Source: Eukaryota sp. GEM-RC1 (taxonomy: Eukaryota). Taken from it: a stretch of 64,000 nucleotides of DNA. The stretch's first letter is position 1. Every line of letters begins with the position of its first letter. A program made the translations under genes and the position numbers. The DNA lies in NCBI GenBank assembly GCA_040285855.1, contig JAUFOQ010000001.1:1426001-1490000 (forward strand), given 5' to 3'. Under the pieces are notes generated by a model that was not told where the DNA came from, searched no databases, and saw nothing but the letters and a program-made list of their open reading frames with translations. Positions 36,199 through 49,400 of this stretch are shown one piece after another.

Positions 36199-37758
36199 AT
36201 GTCATTCTCTCTACCCTCAATCGAAACTCTTTCCATCATTCTAGATGAACCCTTCCTCTCCAACCAAACCATTACATTTGGGGAAGAATCTATTGAAGTT
36301 AATAAGTTCGTACTAGCAGCTCATTCCACGTACTTCCGATCCCTCTGGTTCTTGGAGTTTGGGGACAAGCTCGAGAACCCCATTGACTTCTCACATCTTC
36401 CCGTCGATTCTGACAACTTCTTTCTCTTCATCAAGTCCTTCTATGAACGGTCTTTCACCCTCAACGAGGACAACACTTACGAATTCTTTTACCTCGTCCA
36501 CTACTTCCAAGTGGACAAACTTATTCATCACATTGAAAACCACCTAAACACTCATCTCATGACCTGGGCTTGGTTAAAACCATTCATTAAAGAAGCAGAT
36601 AAAAGAAATGACTTGAGAGCTCTGGAATTTGTTGGTCCTTTCTTTTCTAAAATTGATGACCTGTTGATTGATGACGTGATGGCAATCACTTCTGAAGGGT
36701 TTAAAACGCTTGTAACATACTGCACTTCCACTCAATCACAGTCGTGGTTCATTAAATCTCTGGTGGAATCAATTTTGAATCAAAGTTTCGATTTGAATGA
36801 GTTTTTAAATATTCTAAATTCTTGTTCAATTGAAGTCTTTTCGTTTCAACAATGGGATGAGTTTCTATTTGTTCCTTTAAAAGATGTGGAAGAACTGGAA
36901 GCCGATTTGTTGAAGTTTTTGTTTACAAGAGTTAAGAATCTTTATTTTGATTCGTTGGTGAAGGAAGTTTCTGATTTGAAGGAGGAAAATTCTGAATTAA
37001 CATCGAAAGTATCTGAATTAACCACCAAAATTGCTGAAGTAGAAAGTAATAATTCCGATTTAGCGACCAAAATTACCGATCTAGAAATCGACAATTCTGA
37101 TTTGAAAACTAACAATTCTCAGTTATCCTTGCAAATTTCTGGTTTAACTGATGATAATCAGATTTGTAAAGCCGAAAACTCTAAAATTGTGGCTGATAAC
37201 ATTCAACTACAACAAGAAATTGAACTACTAAAAAAGACAGTTGTAGAAACTCAACTGGTGTCTCAATCAGTTCCTCAATCAAAAATGATTAGATTCTCTC
37301 AAACAGGGAAACATTCTCAGTTACAAGTTAGGGAGGATAGAAAGAGAGTTGTTGTTGAAAGTGGTGGAGATGGGTCTAGAAATATCTTGGGAGAAGATGT
37401 ACTTCTTCCAGGTAATGTATATACTTGGAAGTTGAGGTACCAGGGGAATACTTGGTGTCTTTTTGTTGGAGTTATTGACGAGTCAAAGTTTAGTGTTGAT
37501 GGTGGTTGTTATCAGAATGCTCACGGTACTTTCAGTCATGATTCAGTTTATGGTTGTCTCTCAGGAAACAAGACTAAGTGGAATCCTGGTGAATTACTCA
37601 AAATCAATGTAGATCTAATTAATTACACTTTAACAATGAAATCCATGAGTAATTCTTCGATTAATCTTACTGGAAATCTTCCCAGATTAAGTAGTGGTAA
37701 TTATTATACATTTGCAAGGTTATTTTATGGTGATCATGTTCTTGAAATCGTTGAATAA
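36199..37758 (+). CDS. BTB-CC-SPRY copy F
   Basis: Intact ORF; its 3' flank duplicates that of copy A. Confidence 0.88.
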   Translation: MSFSLPSIETLSIILDEPFLSNQTITFGEESIEVNKFVLAAHSTYFRSLWFLEFGDKLENPIDFSHLPVDSDNFFLFIKSFYERSFTLNEDNTYEFFYLVHYFQVDKLIHHIENHLNTHLMTWAWLKPFIKEADKRNDLRALEFVGPFFSKIDDLLIDDVMAITSEGFKTLVTYCTSTQSQSWFIKSLVESILNQSFDLNEFLNILNSCSIEVFSFQQWDEFLFVPLKDVEELEADLLKFLFTRVKNLYFDSLVKEVSDLKEENSELTSKVSELTTKIAEVESNNSDLATKITDLEIDNSDLKTNNSQLSLQISGLTDDNQICKAENSKIVADNIQLQQEIELLKKTVVETQLVSQSVPQSKMIRFSQTGKHSQLQVREDRKRVVVESGGDGSRNILGEDVLLPGNVYTWKLRYQGNTWCLFVGVIDESKFSVDGGCYQNAHGTFSHDSVYGCLSGNKTKWNPGELLKINVDLINYTLTMKSMSNSSINLTGNLPRLSSGNYYTFARLFYGDHVLEIVE

Positions 37759-38239
37759 AGTTGATTACATTGTCATTGTGGGTAAGTCTCCTTATTTAAA
37801 GTAGTGATTCTAATTAATTTATGAATTCTTAAACAATCAACTTCTAAAAGTTTCGATTCATGTATTTATGTCAACTGTTATGATATTTGTTTGTTTCTGT
37901 TACAGATTGTCTATCGGTCATATCCGTTGGTTTTTGAACAAAATATCATAAATATTGTCTTATAAATAACATCTCTTCATTGTATTCAACTAGTCATACA
38001 GTGTAATTGACCCTTACCCAGTAAGCCGAGTTATTCCTAGCGTGTTAAGTGTTTTGCAGTTGATCATAAAGGATTATTTTTCTGAAGTAATGAATACGTT
38101 CTAGAATTCTTGATACATCAAATCATTATCGTACTTTCCAATTTCAATCACTTGTTTTGAAAATCTGATAGGAAAAACGGATTTATGTGTGGAGAAAAAC
38201 ACACAACAAGAAAGCAACAAACAAATAAGGACTATTAAA

Positions 38240-38640
38240 TCAAATTATCAAAAGAACTACGCAATTCTGAAAGGTAGATACCACCAAACAACTTCGCCAA
38301 CATGGAATCAACATATCTATACATTGACTCCAAAATCGAACCATAAAACATGTTCTTCCAGTACGATCTGTTAAACTTCTTAGCAAATTCTGAACACATA
38401 TTTTCCAACAATTATAAAAGTTCTCAGTAAAAGTACCGAAATTTCCATGTAAAGATACCGCAAACGAATGAAAGACAATATTATTGTGTCTTCGAGAATT
38501 CAATTCGTTAACGTGTTGTGCGTACTTGCACTTTGCGTTCTCAGCGTCATTCAGTGAATCATTTGAAATACTCAACATATTCACAATAGCTGAAGAATTG
38601 CAAGGGTCAATAGTCGTGAAATCAACTACAAAAGCAAAAA
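38240..38640 (-). mobile_element. CRE-like RLE remnant (duplicate of 3575-3815)
   Basis: VVDFTTIDPC..DAENAKCKYAQHVNELNSRRHNNIVFHSFAVSLHGNFG. Confidence 0.75.
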
Positions 38641-40124
38641 GACTTTATAGATTCTATCATCAGACTGAATATATTACATATTTTTGTATATATCAGTACT
38701 GATCATAGTTGTACATCACAAAACTACAAAAATGGTCTGTTCATGGTGGTCAAAGTTGTGATTGGAGATCACATCATTTTCATGGTGATCATAGCTTTGG
38801 TGTTAATTGTTAAGATGTTAGCTGATTATGGATTGATATATGATGAAGTTAATTCATTGAACACATCATCTATACAATACTAAGAAATACCTGGATATCC
38901 CAGTAGTTAACGCTAAAACGGTGAAAAATTATGACTAACCTGTGTTAAATTGCGTGTTACGTGTGTACTGAGTACAGTGTCAGTAATCTAAATCATAAAA
39001 ATAATGTCAAATTACAGCACAAGTTTTGTTTTCTTTAAAGTAGGTAATTTTATGACAATTAACAATACAATTATTTATCAGATTTGAGTTCAGTTTGGTG
39101 TCAATATGGATTTGACAGTTTATCAATTCCTATAATTGTTAAATGTGAAGATTATCAGTCAGAGCAAAAACAAATGATATGACCATTGTCTTTAACAAGT
39201 TTCTGATCGCGAATCAAATTCTTGACAAACAAGTACCGAGAATAAATAAACAACTGAAAACATTGGTCTTCTATACAACAAATTTCATTTCATTTTTAAT
39301 CCCGCTGATGGTCTTTGAGGAAATCAAATCAATTGATTTAACATGTTTTATCTTTGAAATATTTTATTCTCGGTGATGTATGACTCATAGTTCATAAGTG
39401 TTTTCATCAGATGTACAGAATTGATCCAAGGGTAGAGTTCATAAATAATCATTCTCTTTCACTCGTTATTGAAATATAATCACCGTTCTTTTCTCCTCGC
39501 GGGTGAGTCAGAACTTAGTAAACAACTGTTCAATGCTTTTGTTGTCTTTGGTGTTTGAAAGGATGATACATATATTCAATCATAAGAGAAAGACAAGTTG
39601 ATTGATAACTTCCAATTGCACTCGACCACTCAGATGTAAAGTTGTTCTTGGAAAAAACTACATGACCTTATATTTTACTGAATTGTCAATTGTAAAAAAG
39701 TGAGTGAACTTAAGATCTTGTTCACAACCGAAACTTGTCGTAATACATTACAGTACTAAATGAGGTTACAATATATTTTTGGTAGTCCCTCAGTTGAAGT
39801 CTAAGCAAAACTAGATTTTTTTCTTGGATTAAACTTCTGCATTTAAGAAAAAAATCGTGGTCAATTGATTCAGCTAGTACAGCTGATTCCTAAAACAGTA
39901 CACATACACCAAATAGTTGACCAATTTTATTAATAAGGATTTAGTTGACCGACGTCTGACAGATAAACAACACAATAACAAAAAATAGGGTCAAAAATTA
40001 CAACCGTAAATAAATTCGTGCCAATTCGTGATGTTTTGTGATGTACAACTATCATTCTTTTTAGTTCACTCCAATGAAAAATTAATAATTTGAAAAACTC
40101 ATCCTCGCCAAGAGCTTAAAATCC

Positions 40125-41308
40125 TCATACATACACAACTTCTTCAGGACTAGATTGTCTTCTTTCTTCAGCAAACTGATGAAACTCGCTTAAAAGACTA
40201 GATATAAACTTGTATAACTTTGAGTAGAGCGTCCAGCCAATAAAACCAATGATAAGTGTTAAAAGTAAAACAAACAGACTTACCATATTATCTACAAAGC
40301 TATATCGTTCAATCTTAAACTGGCACATTCCAGATCTAGGACAATGATTGAAAACGACGAGGAACAACCACATCAACACTCGTCCAAAGTATTCTGAACA
40401 AACAAAAAGACCAGTTGTAATTGTGATAATGAAGAAAAAAACATAAAAATTGACAACTACACCATACAGATCTTCATCATCGTCAATGAATTTGTTAAGC
40501 ATGACCAATCGTATACATGAATAAACACATAGAAATAGAATCACAAGGGACAAAAATCCAATGAGAAGCCAGATTGACAAAAGAGCAATAAGAAAGTTGA
40601 ACAAAGTAAAACAAGATAATGAAACTGACAATAAAACACTAGCTGGATGTTCTGTATAGAAAAACAATAAAATATTGAAAAAGATTGTTCAGTGAAATGA
40701 AGGAGATCTTCTTCACCAAATATTAAAATTCCATGAGTAAGACCACCATATATCATGATTACCAAGGGAATTCCTACTCCAGTTAAACAAATACCAAGAG
40801 CAACAAGGAAAAGAGCAAGAAGAGGTCTGAAAGAGAAGGTCCAGGGAACGTCACTCAAGATGTTGCAAACGTCATCAAAGTTTTGAAGGCAGTAGAAATC
40901 AAAATCAGAACTATCTGCATTGTAGAAGACAAGAGAAAGGGGCAAAGTGAGGAGGTACAGGAGGAAATCACACAACATACAGAGGAAGAAGGGCATAGAG
41001 AGAAACGGGAGAACAATGCAAAACCTGGAATAGCCATCAGAAGCTCCAGACTCAGAGAGAGTTTCCGATAGTTGTTCACGTAGATGCATGAAAGATGTAT
41101 AGAAAAGGAGCAGATACCAGAAACCTACAAAGTTGATGATCGGATTGTTGAAAACCAGCGCAGCAACAGTAAAACCAAGACCGATCGAGCCACACAGAAG
41201 TAGGAAAAGTTGCACTAAGGTAGCCTTGGCACTTCCACCAAGCTTAACCTTAAAAACAAACTCCAGGAAAAGAATGAATGTACTGGGAGAGTTCTTCTTA
41301 CATGTCAT
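40125..41308 (-). CDS. Multipass membrane protein of unknown family, one frameshift at ~40665
   Basis: Two overlapping, very hydrophobic ORFs joined across a T-run. Confidence 0.65.
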
Positions 41309-42362
41309 TATAGACGGAGAGACGAGCTTGAACTAGAAGAGGAAGGTGTTGAGTTGAGTGTGAAGCTCAACACGTAGTGACCAATTTCAGTCTTAGTCAA
41401 TGCCAGTCTCTGAAATTTCAGAGAGTCGAATTAATTAGAATAGTAATGAAGGATGTTGATGGCTTTGAATTGTCTATAGATTAAGCCAAATGGGTGTTCA
41501 GAGAAATACCGTTAGAATCACACATTATTTACATTCAGTTAATGAGAACAGAAAGTTCAAATTAATAAATGGTGAAAGCGTTGTGTAAGTGTTATTCTTA
41601 TGTTGTAATAGTAGAACGAACTGAATTTTGTATATAAACACTTTATTATGTTAACAAATGTGTGAAGGCCAAGTTATACACGTTATAATTATATATAGTG
41701 TAAGCAAGTTTATGGGAAGAATAAGGAAATGATAAGGAAAAGATAAGGAAATGATAAGGTGGCTTGTTGATCTACACCCTTAATGAAATATAGGGTGTAA
41801 AATTGGAAGTTGATAAGCGTAACAATTATGTACAAAACTTATCTAAAACTGGATTAATTGCCTGGCCGATCTAAGTTGAACTTTTGTATTTCAAATTTTC
41901 TAGAAAAATTAACGATTTTATGGATCTTTTAAATGCAATTTGAACAACAAAATCTTTTGACAGGGAATCTCTTTGATATCAACAGGAAAACACGATAATG
42001 ATGTCTCAGGACAAATATTTACTGTTTCACAAGTAAAATTATTGACATAGAAACTGGAGGTAAATTTCAATTTATTATAAATTTCAGGTTATCCGTGGTA
42101 ATACTTGAATTAACTTTCATTGATTTTGCCATTTTGCTACTGTTCATTCATCTCCAATAGAGCTCATAATTAGGTCTAGGTCCCCACAATTGAATTGATT
42201 TTTAGTACTGGGACCAAACCATGAGCACCATCTGTAAAAATATTATTGTGTTAAAGACAATCAATCTCAAAAGTTCATCAAGATCTTCAAAATCTATTGA
42301 GAATGTCAATTTTGGAAGAAACGTCATGACATGCAACAAAGTACCTTCTCAGAAACCTTGGC

Positions 42363-42560
42363 TTATATAAGGCCCTTTCTTGGAACCAACGTATAAAATT
42401 GGTTCTTCAAGCAATGTATATGTAGGAAGGGTTCGTAGAAATCAATGTTAACAGAGGATTTCCAAAGTCGTCTTAACAGCTGAAGACAGATTAACACCAG
42501 TAAAGATTGTTGGAAGTTGATAACGTCACGACTAGATCTATTGGTGGAAGAGATGGTATG
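42363..42560 (-). pseudogene. Divergent LRR-family 5' remnant
   Basis: INFQQSLLVLICLQLLRR versus IQFQQSLLILVHYHLLKRR of the adjacent gene. Confidence 0.55.
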
Positions 42561-42631
42561 TACGGAAGAAATGTCAGAAGTAGTGCCACAGACAGCAGTA
42601 GATTTCAATCTACAATCGGAGAGAACTCGTC

Positions 42632-44089
42632 ATGAACACACCAATTTCTAGCAACATGTACATACAGTTTCAACAGTCTTTGTTGATACTCGTCCACTAT
42701 CACTTGCTTAAGCGTCGCTGTGCTCCGATTCTTTCCGAAAATCGCCACGATATCTTTCTTCGAGATTTGATACGTGAACTACATGCATTTACTCACAAAG
42801 TTGGCTTTGTCAGTTCACGTTTCTTCGAATCATCCTTCTCAGTAGTTCATCTGTTGTTCCAATCAATTACGTTTCGTGTAGTTGCAAAAGAACTTCCTAA
42901 GCTTCTTTCCTTGTTGTCTATCTTTAAGTCCCGTGTCTGCTCTGTTTTCTTACACGTGGTTGGCTCGTTTGATTTAGAGGAATTCCATTGTTACTCTCAT
43001 TTCGTCACCGGTTTGAAGCTTAAATTGATGAAACCAAGTGATTTAAACTTCCTCAACAAGTCTTCTCCCTTCAACTTTTCATATCTGAAAACACTGGATG
43101 TCCGAATTGAGTCTTCTATTTTAATGGATTTCCTCGAAGCCTTGAAAGAAGTTAATTGTTCTCTTACTCATATCAATCTAGCACGCAATTCAATTGCAGG
43201 TGAAAATGCTATAATTTTAGCAAAAATTCTAAAGATCAATACATCGATAAATGAGATCAATCTAGGACATAACTCTATTGGAGCTCATGGAACTATTGCA
43301 TTGGCTGACGCTTTGAAGGTTAATCGTACTTTAATTAAGATAAATCTCAGGAGTAACTCTATAAGGCATGAAGGTGCCAAAGAATTGGCTGAAGCTTTAA
43401 AGGTAAATACCACTATTACTGAGCTTGATCTTTTTGGCAACTCCATTGGAAGTGATGGTATCATTCCATTGGCTGAAGCTTTGAAAATTAATTGTTCGAT
43501 AACTAAAATCAATTTAAGTCAAAATAATATTGGGAGTTCAGGCATTTCATCATTGGCAGATGCATTGAAAGTTAATTGTTCAGTTACCGACATTAAACTT
43601 GGCAGTAATTTTATTGTGTCCACTGAAGGAAAAAGATTGGCTGAGATGCTAAAAGTAAATTCCTGTATTACCACTATTAGTCTCTATAACAACTATCTTG
43701 ATAGTAATAGTGCCATCGCTTTGGCTGAAGCATTGAAAGTTAATTCTTGTATTACTGCAATTATTTTAGGTCGTAATTGTATTGGTCGTGAAGGAATTGA
43801 GGCGTTGGCCAAAGTTTAGACAGTGAATGGATCTGTTGTAAATCTTAATTTAAGTCACAACGCTATTGGTGATAATGGTGCTAGGGCATTGGCTGAAGCT
43901 GTGAAGGATAATCGCACAATTACTGAAATTAATTTATGTGGCAATCATGTTGACCCTGAAAACATTCGAGTAATTCAAGTGATTTCTGAAAATCGTATCA
44001 TTTTTGAATTGTACATGCACATGCTATTAGAATTGTTAAATAAATCATGGGATATGTCGCTTCAGTACTACCAGGACTACCGTCATTAA
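42632..44089 (+). pseudogene. RNI-like (28-aa) leucine-rich-repeat protein with a family-specific N-terminal domain; in-frame TAG at 43817
   Basis: About 10 repeats of INLxxNxIGxxGAxxLAEALKVN; the frame continues past the TAG. Confidence 0.85.
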
Positions 44090-44099
44090 GTCAGTATTT

Positions 44100-45046
44100 A
44101 TCGTTCTAATATTCGTATTTACAAGTCAATAACTTGTCAATCAACTCTCTTTTCTTCCGAGAATCTCCCCAATCTTGTTGGATATTCCAAAGACCATTAC
44201 GTACCTACTAGTTTAGACGATCTACTTTCATCAAGGGAAGGTGATGGCCTCTTTGTTTTGTACGGTCCTCCAGGAATAGGAAAGTCTGTGTCAGTGTATT
44301 ACCATTTAAGGAATGATGACGTGATTTGGTTGAGTGCTAGACGCTCTTTGTGTGACAATATTGTTCAACTGGGGTATAAAGGAAAACATCTTACAGAGGA
44401 ATGGTGTGGGAAATTCATATCACGTCATGTGGACACTGAACAATTTGCTCTTGTTGTTGATGATGCTGAATTTATTACTCTCAAACAGCAAATATATCAA
44501 CTTTTAACACCATATAGAAAAATTGGACCTCACTTTAAAATATATTTAATCGTTGCTGATTCGCGTCGTTTTAGTACCATCCGACTACGTATTGACACTG
44601 CTTCATAGCATTTGTTTGCTACTTATCCTGAACCTTTTTCTATCCAGGAGCTATGTAAGAAACATGGATATTCAAATTGGGAAGAAGTTTTCAATGTCTC
44701 TGGACCCTCTTTAAGACTTGCTAATGACTATATTGAAAACAAACATGTTGTAAGAACTAGATGTAATGCAATAGTAGATTCCCTTGAGTCCGTTCATCAT
44801 CAGTTTTTACCTGGTTTATTGGAATTTACAAAGCTGATTACCAGTGATTATGATGCAGCTGATTTAGATAAAACTTCCATAACTCGTGATCGATTTCTAT
44901 ATCTCATAGAAAAGAACATTTTGATGGATGTATTTTTAGTGAAAGATGCTATCTTCTATGATCCTCTTGTAAGGAGAGCTGCTTGTACAGTCTTTGAATC
45001 TCACAATCTACAGTCTTGCAATGTGACTCTTTGTCATCAAATGTAA
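44100..45046 (+). pseudogene. P-loop NTPase (AAA+/STAND-like) ORF with in-frame TAG at 44606
   Basis: Walker A YGPPGIGKS, Walker B LVVDDAE. Confidence 0.6.
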
Positions 45047-45495
45047 TAAAATTTGCATTATTTTAAAATTCTATTATGATCCTTTACGTGCATTGACCTT
45101 TTACTTTTTATCACAGAGTTCTTGTACTACTCTCCTTCAATAAGGAGAGTAGTTTAGCTTCAGTACTGTTTCGGTTATTAACGTTGTATACATCTATAAG
45201 CTCGAATAATCAAAAATTATTTAACACGTTGAAATGTGTATTGTCAGTGTTCCACTAGTAGTGTCGGAGTATTACTTACTGAAAAACACCATTAATGATG
45301 AAACTTTAAATGCACTACTAGTATGATATGATCGTTTACTCATTGTTGAATTTCGTCCAATTTACCGATCATATACTATACTATGTGTTTAATAGCTTCT
45401 TTTAAGAAAGGAAATAAACTGATAATAACTACTCTACAAGTGGTATCAAATGAAGAGAAAGTCCTTCAACAGAACTACAGGTAGAAGTTGTTGAC

Positions 45496-46408
45496 TAGGG
45501 TTGTTAAAATGAGCCGAGTCAAGTCGAGTCAAGCCTACAATTTGAAGCTTGACTTGACTCATGAGTCAATCAAGCCTGACTCGAGCTGACTCATCTTGAC
45601 TACCTTTGACTTGACTTGACTCATGAGTCAACCAAGCCTGACTCGAGCTGACTCATCTTGACTACCTTTGACTTGACTTGACTCATGAGTCAACCGAGCC
45701 TGACTCGAGCTGACTCATTTTCAATGCTCTTTTCTATTGTACTTTATAACATAACACAAATCTCTACTGTTTTCTACTGATCTGAATTTAATACACCTAT
45801 TCCGTACCACGAGTGTAAACACAATAAACACCTTGCAGTATTGCAGATAGTCTAGCCCTTTTCTTTGTTACAATTTGGTTTGCAGCAGAGAACAAACGTT
45901 CAATTGCTGCTGAACTTGGCTGAATGCTTAAGTAGTCGCGAGCTGAGCAAGCTGAGCTAGGATAATCTGATTGGTAGCGTTTCCACCAATCTAGGGGATC
46001 CACCACAGCATCGACTATGCCTGTTGATAAGTAAGCTGTCAGCTCATCCCGCACATCAACATGCAAATGAATTTATACAGAGAACTGCTACTAATTCCAT
46101 GTACACGTGATTGTAATAGAATATGTTTAAATTGTACTAAATTATATTCATTAGAGTAAACTTGAGTAGAGCTGACTCACAGACAGAAACATAGGCTTGA
46201 CTCGACTCATGAGTCAAATGAGCCTGACTCGAGCTGACTCACGGACAAAGATATAGGCTTGACTCGACTCATGAGTCAAATGAGCCTGACTCGAGCTGAC
46301 TCACGGACAAAGATACAGGCTTGACTCGACTCATGAGTCAAATGAGCCTGACTCGAGCTGACTGACTCAAAGCTCAGTGAGTCAGCTTGACTCAAAATTA
46401 CAATCCTA
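45496..46408 (-). mobile_element. Internally deleted hAT element retaining the dimerisation-domain coding region
   Basis: 8-bp TSD TTGTTGAC (45488-45495, 46409-46416); TIR TAGG(G/A)TTGT; DPLDWWK..YP..ARDYLSIQPSSAAIERLFS; 60-62-bp subterminal tandem repeats. Confidence 0.95.
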
Positions 46409-46441
46409 TTGTTGACAGAACATCTTGGTCAAAATTCTTCA

Positions 46442-49400
46442 ATGGATCCACAACCATCCCCTTCCCCACCTTCTAGGTCAGCAGGGAATCTGACGTCTTT
46501 GTCTAGTGATCCTGGTGCTCCCTTTAAAAAGCTCCTTTCTTCATGTGGTCCTCCTTCTGCTCTCAAAACTCCCCTTCTTCACAAAAGTTCCTTGGGAGAT
46601 GCAGACTCTCTACGACCCCTCGTAACTGCCGGACAATCTCTCCATCAAAAAGACCATAACGACTGGAATTCTCTTCATTTTGCCGTTTGCTCCGGCAATA
46701 AATCTTCTGTAAAAGAGCTCGTCAAGATGGGTATCGATCCTTCTACTCCAGACTCCCATGGCATCACTCCAATTCATCTCGCTGCCGCCAAGGGCTTCCA
46801 CGATCTTCTTTCTCCCCTTCTTAACCCTAAAGTCAAACCCAAACTCTCAGTTCCTCCAGATCCTGTTTCTTCCCTAGGACTTACTCCTCTCCATTACGCT
46901 GCTATCTGTGGTAAGGTGAAGTGTGCCAAAGCTCTTATATCTCATCATGCTGACGTGTCATTACGTGACAATGCTGGACATACTGCTCTTCATTTCGCCT
47001 GTATGAACCGTGACTTCTCTCAAGAAACAATCAAATTCTTTGCAGAACACGTGTTTATCAACTCCCGAGATTCCAACATGAACACACGTTTGTTAACTTC
47101 TTCTCCCTCTAACCGTAGCTCTTCATTACTGTTGTTTCATGGGGTCTATTGATGCTTGTACCTTCATGTTGTCAATGAATGTACTTCCAGATGAGTTAAA
47201 TAACGATGGGTTGAGTTGTTTGCATTTGGCTGTAGTTGAGAATAATTTACAGTTATTTGAAATTTTGATATCTTCTGGAAAAGTTGATCTTTTGGGAAAA
47301 ACTGGTGAAGGCGAATCTGTGTTGTTTCTTGCTGCTAGATTAGGAAGGTCTGCAATAATAACAGCTCTTTTGAACCATGTCAGTCAAATCGATCATAAAT
47401 TGATCAATCAGATGAACTCTATTCATGATGAGTTTGGTCTATATCCAATTCACGTTGCCGCTAAGAATGGATTCATTGAAACAGTGCACGTTTTACTTGA
47501 ATATTCCTGCCCAATCAATCAACGGGATGAGTGTCAGAAAACAGCCCTGCATCACGCAGTGATTGAGGAGCGTAATCAGCTGGTATCATTTTTGATTGAA
47601 GGTCAAGCTGATGCTAGAGTTGCTGATGATCAGCAGTTCTCACCACTCCACTATGCGTGCGCTCTCAATTTTCATACAATTTCTGAAATATTTGCCAATT
47701 TCTACAGTGATTCCAACCTATTACGCATCGACATTCAAGACTCAGTTGGAAACTCCCCTATCCATTACCTGTCCGCCTTTAATAATGAAAAACTTGTATT
47801 AAAGTTTCTCTCCAAGTTCCCCTTTGATTTCTCTCTTATGAATAATGATTCAATGTCTGTGTTAGATGTTATTGCAGCTAATTCTAACCACACTCTACTA
47901 GAGAAAGTCTTGGCTTATAACCCTAGTTTAGAGACCTCTAACTCAGTGTACTATGCAGTGACAGCTGGCAGTGACGAGTGTGCCGCCGTACTTTTAAAGA
48001 GGGGTGCCTCACCGAATGTTTCAGTCAATGGTACGACTCCTTTAATGTTTGCTTTGGAGTACGGCTTTACTGGTATTATATCCATGTTATTAGCTCATAA
48101 AGCTCACGTCAACACGAAGAATGCCGATGGAAAAACGCCGCTGTATTACGCTATTCACTCAAAGAAGTCGACGTTGGTAACTAAACTGATTGGTCTTGGA
48201 GCTCAAGTAAATGGTCCAGAGTCTGTTGATTCTGAGTTTAACTCGCCTCTCCACGTGGCACTTGCCTCAAGAGTTGACGGAATCGTCCAGACTCTTCTTC
48301 AATCAAAAGCTGACCCCCTATCACGTGACAAGAGCGGTAACACGTCAGTCCACGTGGCAGTTTCCCCTTGGCTATGAAGCGGCAATTCCTTGGTTAGTTC
48401 AGTTTAGTCCTGGAAAGAAAGAGTTGGTGGATTCTAAGAACAGCTCTGGTCAAACTCCTTTAATGTTGGGTGTAAAAGGAGGACATTTAGGTATTGTGGA
48501 GTATTTGTGTCACGTTGGTGCTGACGTCACCATGACAGACAATCATGGGTTTGATTGTGGATTTACTGCAGTCAAGGAAAGTCAAGGTGACGTGCTGGCG
48601 TTTCTGATTAAGCACGAGTTTGTTGATATCAATGCCCAGTATTTAAGTCGAGTTTCTGAAGATAGTGGTAGTTTGTTGAGGTATGAAGGAGACTCTGGAC
48701 TAGTCAAGGGAGATTCGCTTCTTCATTTTGCGATCAAATTGGGTGACATCACCATGATTAGACTTTTGATTGATCACAAGATTAATTTGAATTTAGCAAA
48801 TCGATTGCAACAAACTCCAGTTTTCTACTCAATCATCTACAAAAATTTAAAATGTTTAGAAATTCTAGTTCGATCCGGTTGTTCTCAAACCTTACAAGAC
48901 TCCAACGGCGACTTCCCCCTCACTCTAGCTACCAAACACTCCTACCTAGACGCCATGGACTTCCTCTTCACTAAACCACTTCCCAAGCACATTGTTTTGA
49001 GCGCCCTCCAAATAGCTACAGAGAATAACAATGAAGAAGCGGCTTCTGTTTTGTTCTTGTCTGGGCTAAAAAGGAGGATTTCTCTACTGAACAAGTTGTT
49101 GACGTTTCTCCTCTTCATGTAGCCTGTCAGTTTGGATTGCATAAGATTGTGGTTAATCTACTGTGTGTTCATGGGTTGGACCCTAATTCAGTTTTTCAAG
49201 ATGAGACTTGTTTGCATTTGATTGGTAAGAATGGAAACTTTGTCATCGCTGAAGAGCTCTTATCACGTGGGGTAACGTTAACCTTCCTAATGCAGAAGGT
49301 AAGACGTGTTTGATGATTGCGGTTGAGAATCGACATTTCGATTTTGTTCTCAAAATTCTCAACAAAATTCCAAAATTAATCGATGTTGATCTACGTGATT

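Noticed and set aside
45549..46370. CRISPR-like repeat arrays
   Set aside because: Units are full tandem repeats without unique spacers and lie inside a TSD-bounded hAT element
48360..49275. Programmed frameshifting in the ankyrin gene, copy C and the RT tail
   Set aside because: All are single-base changes in homopolymer runs, typical of long-read consensus error
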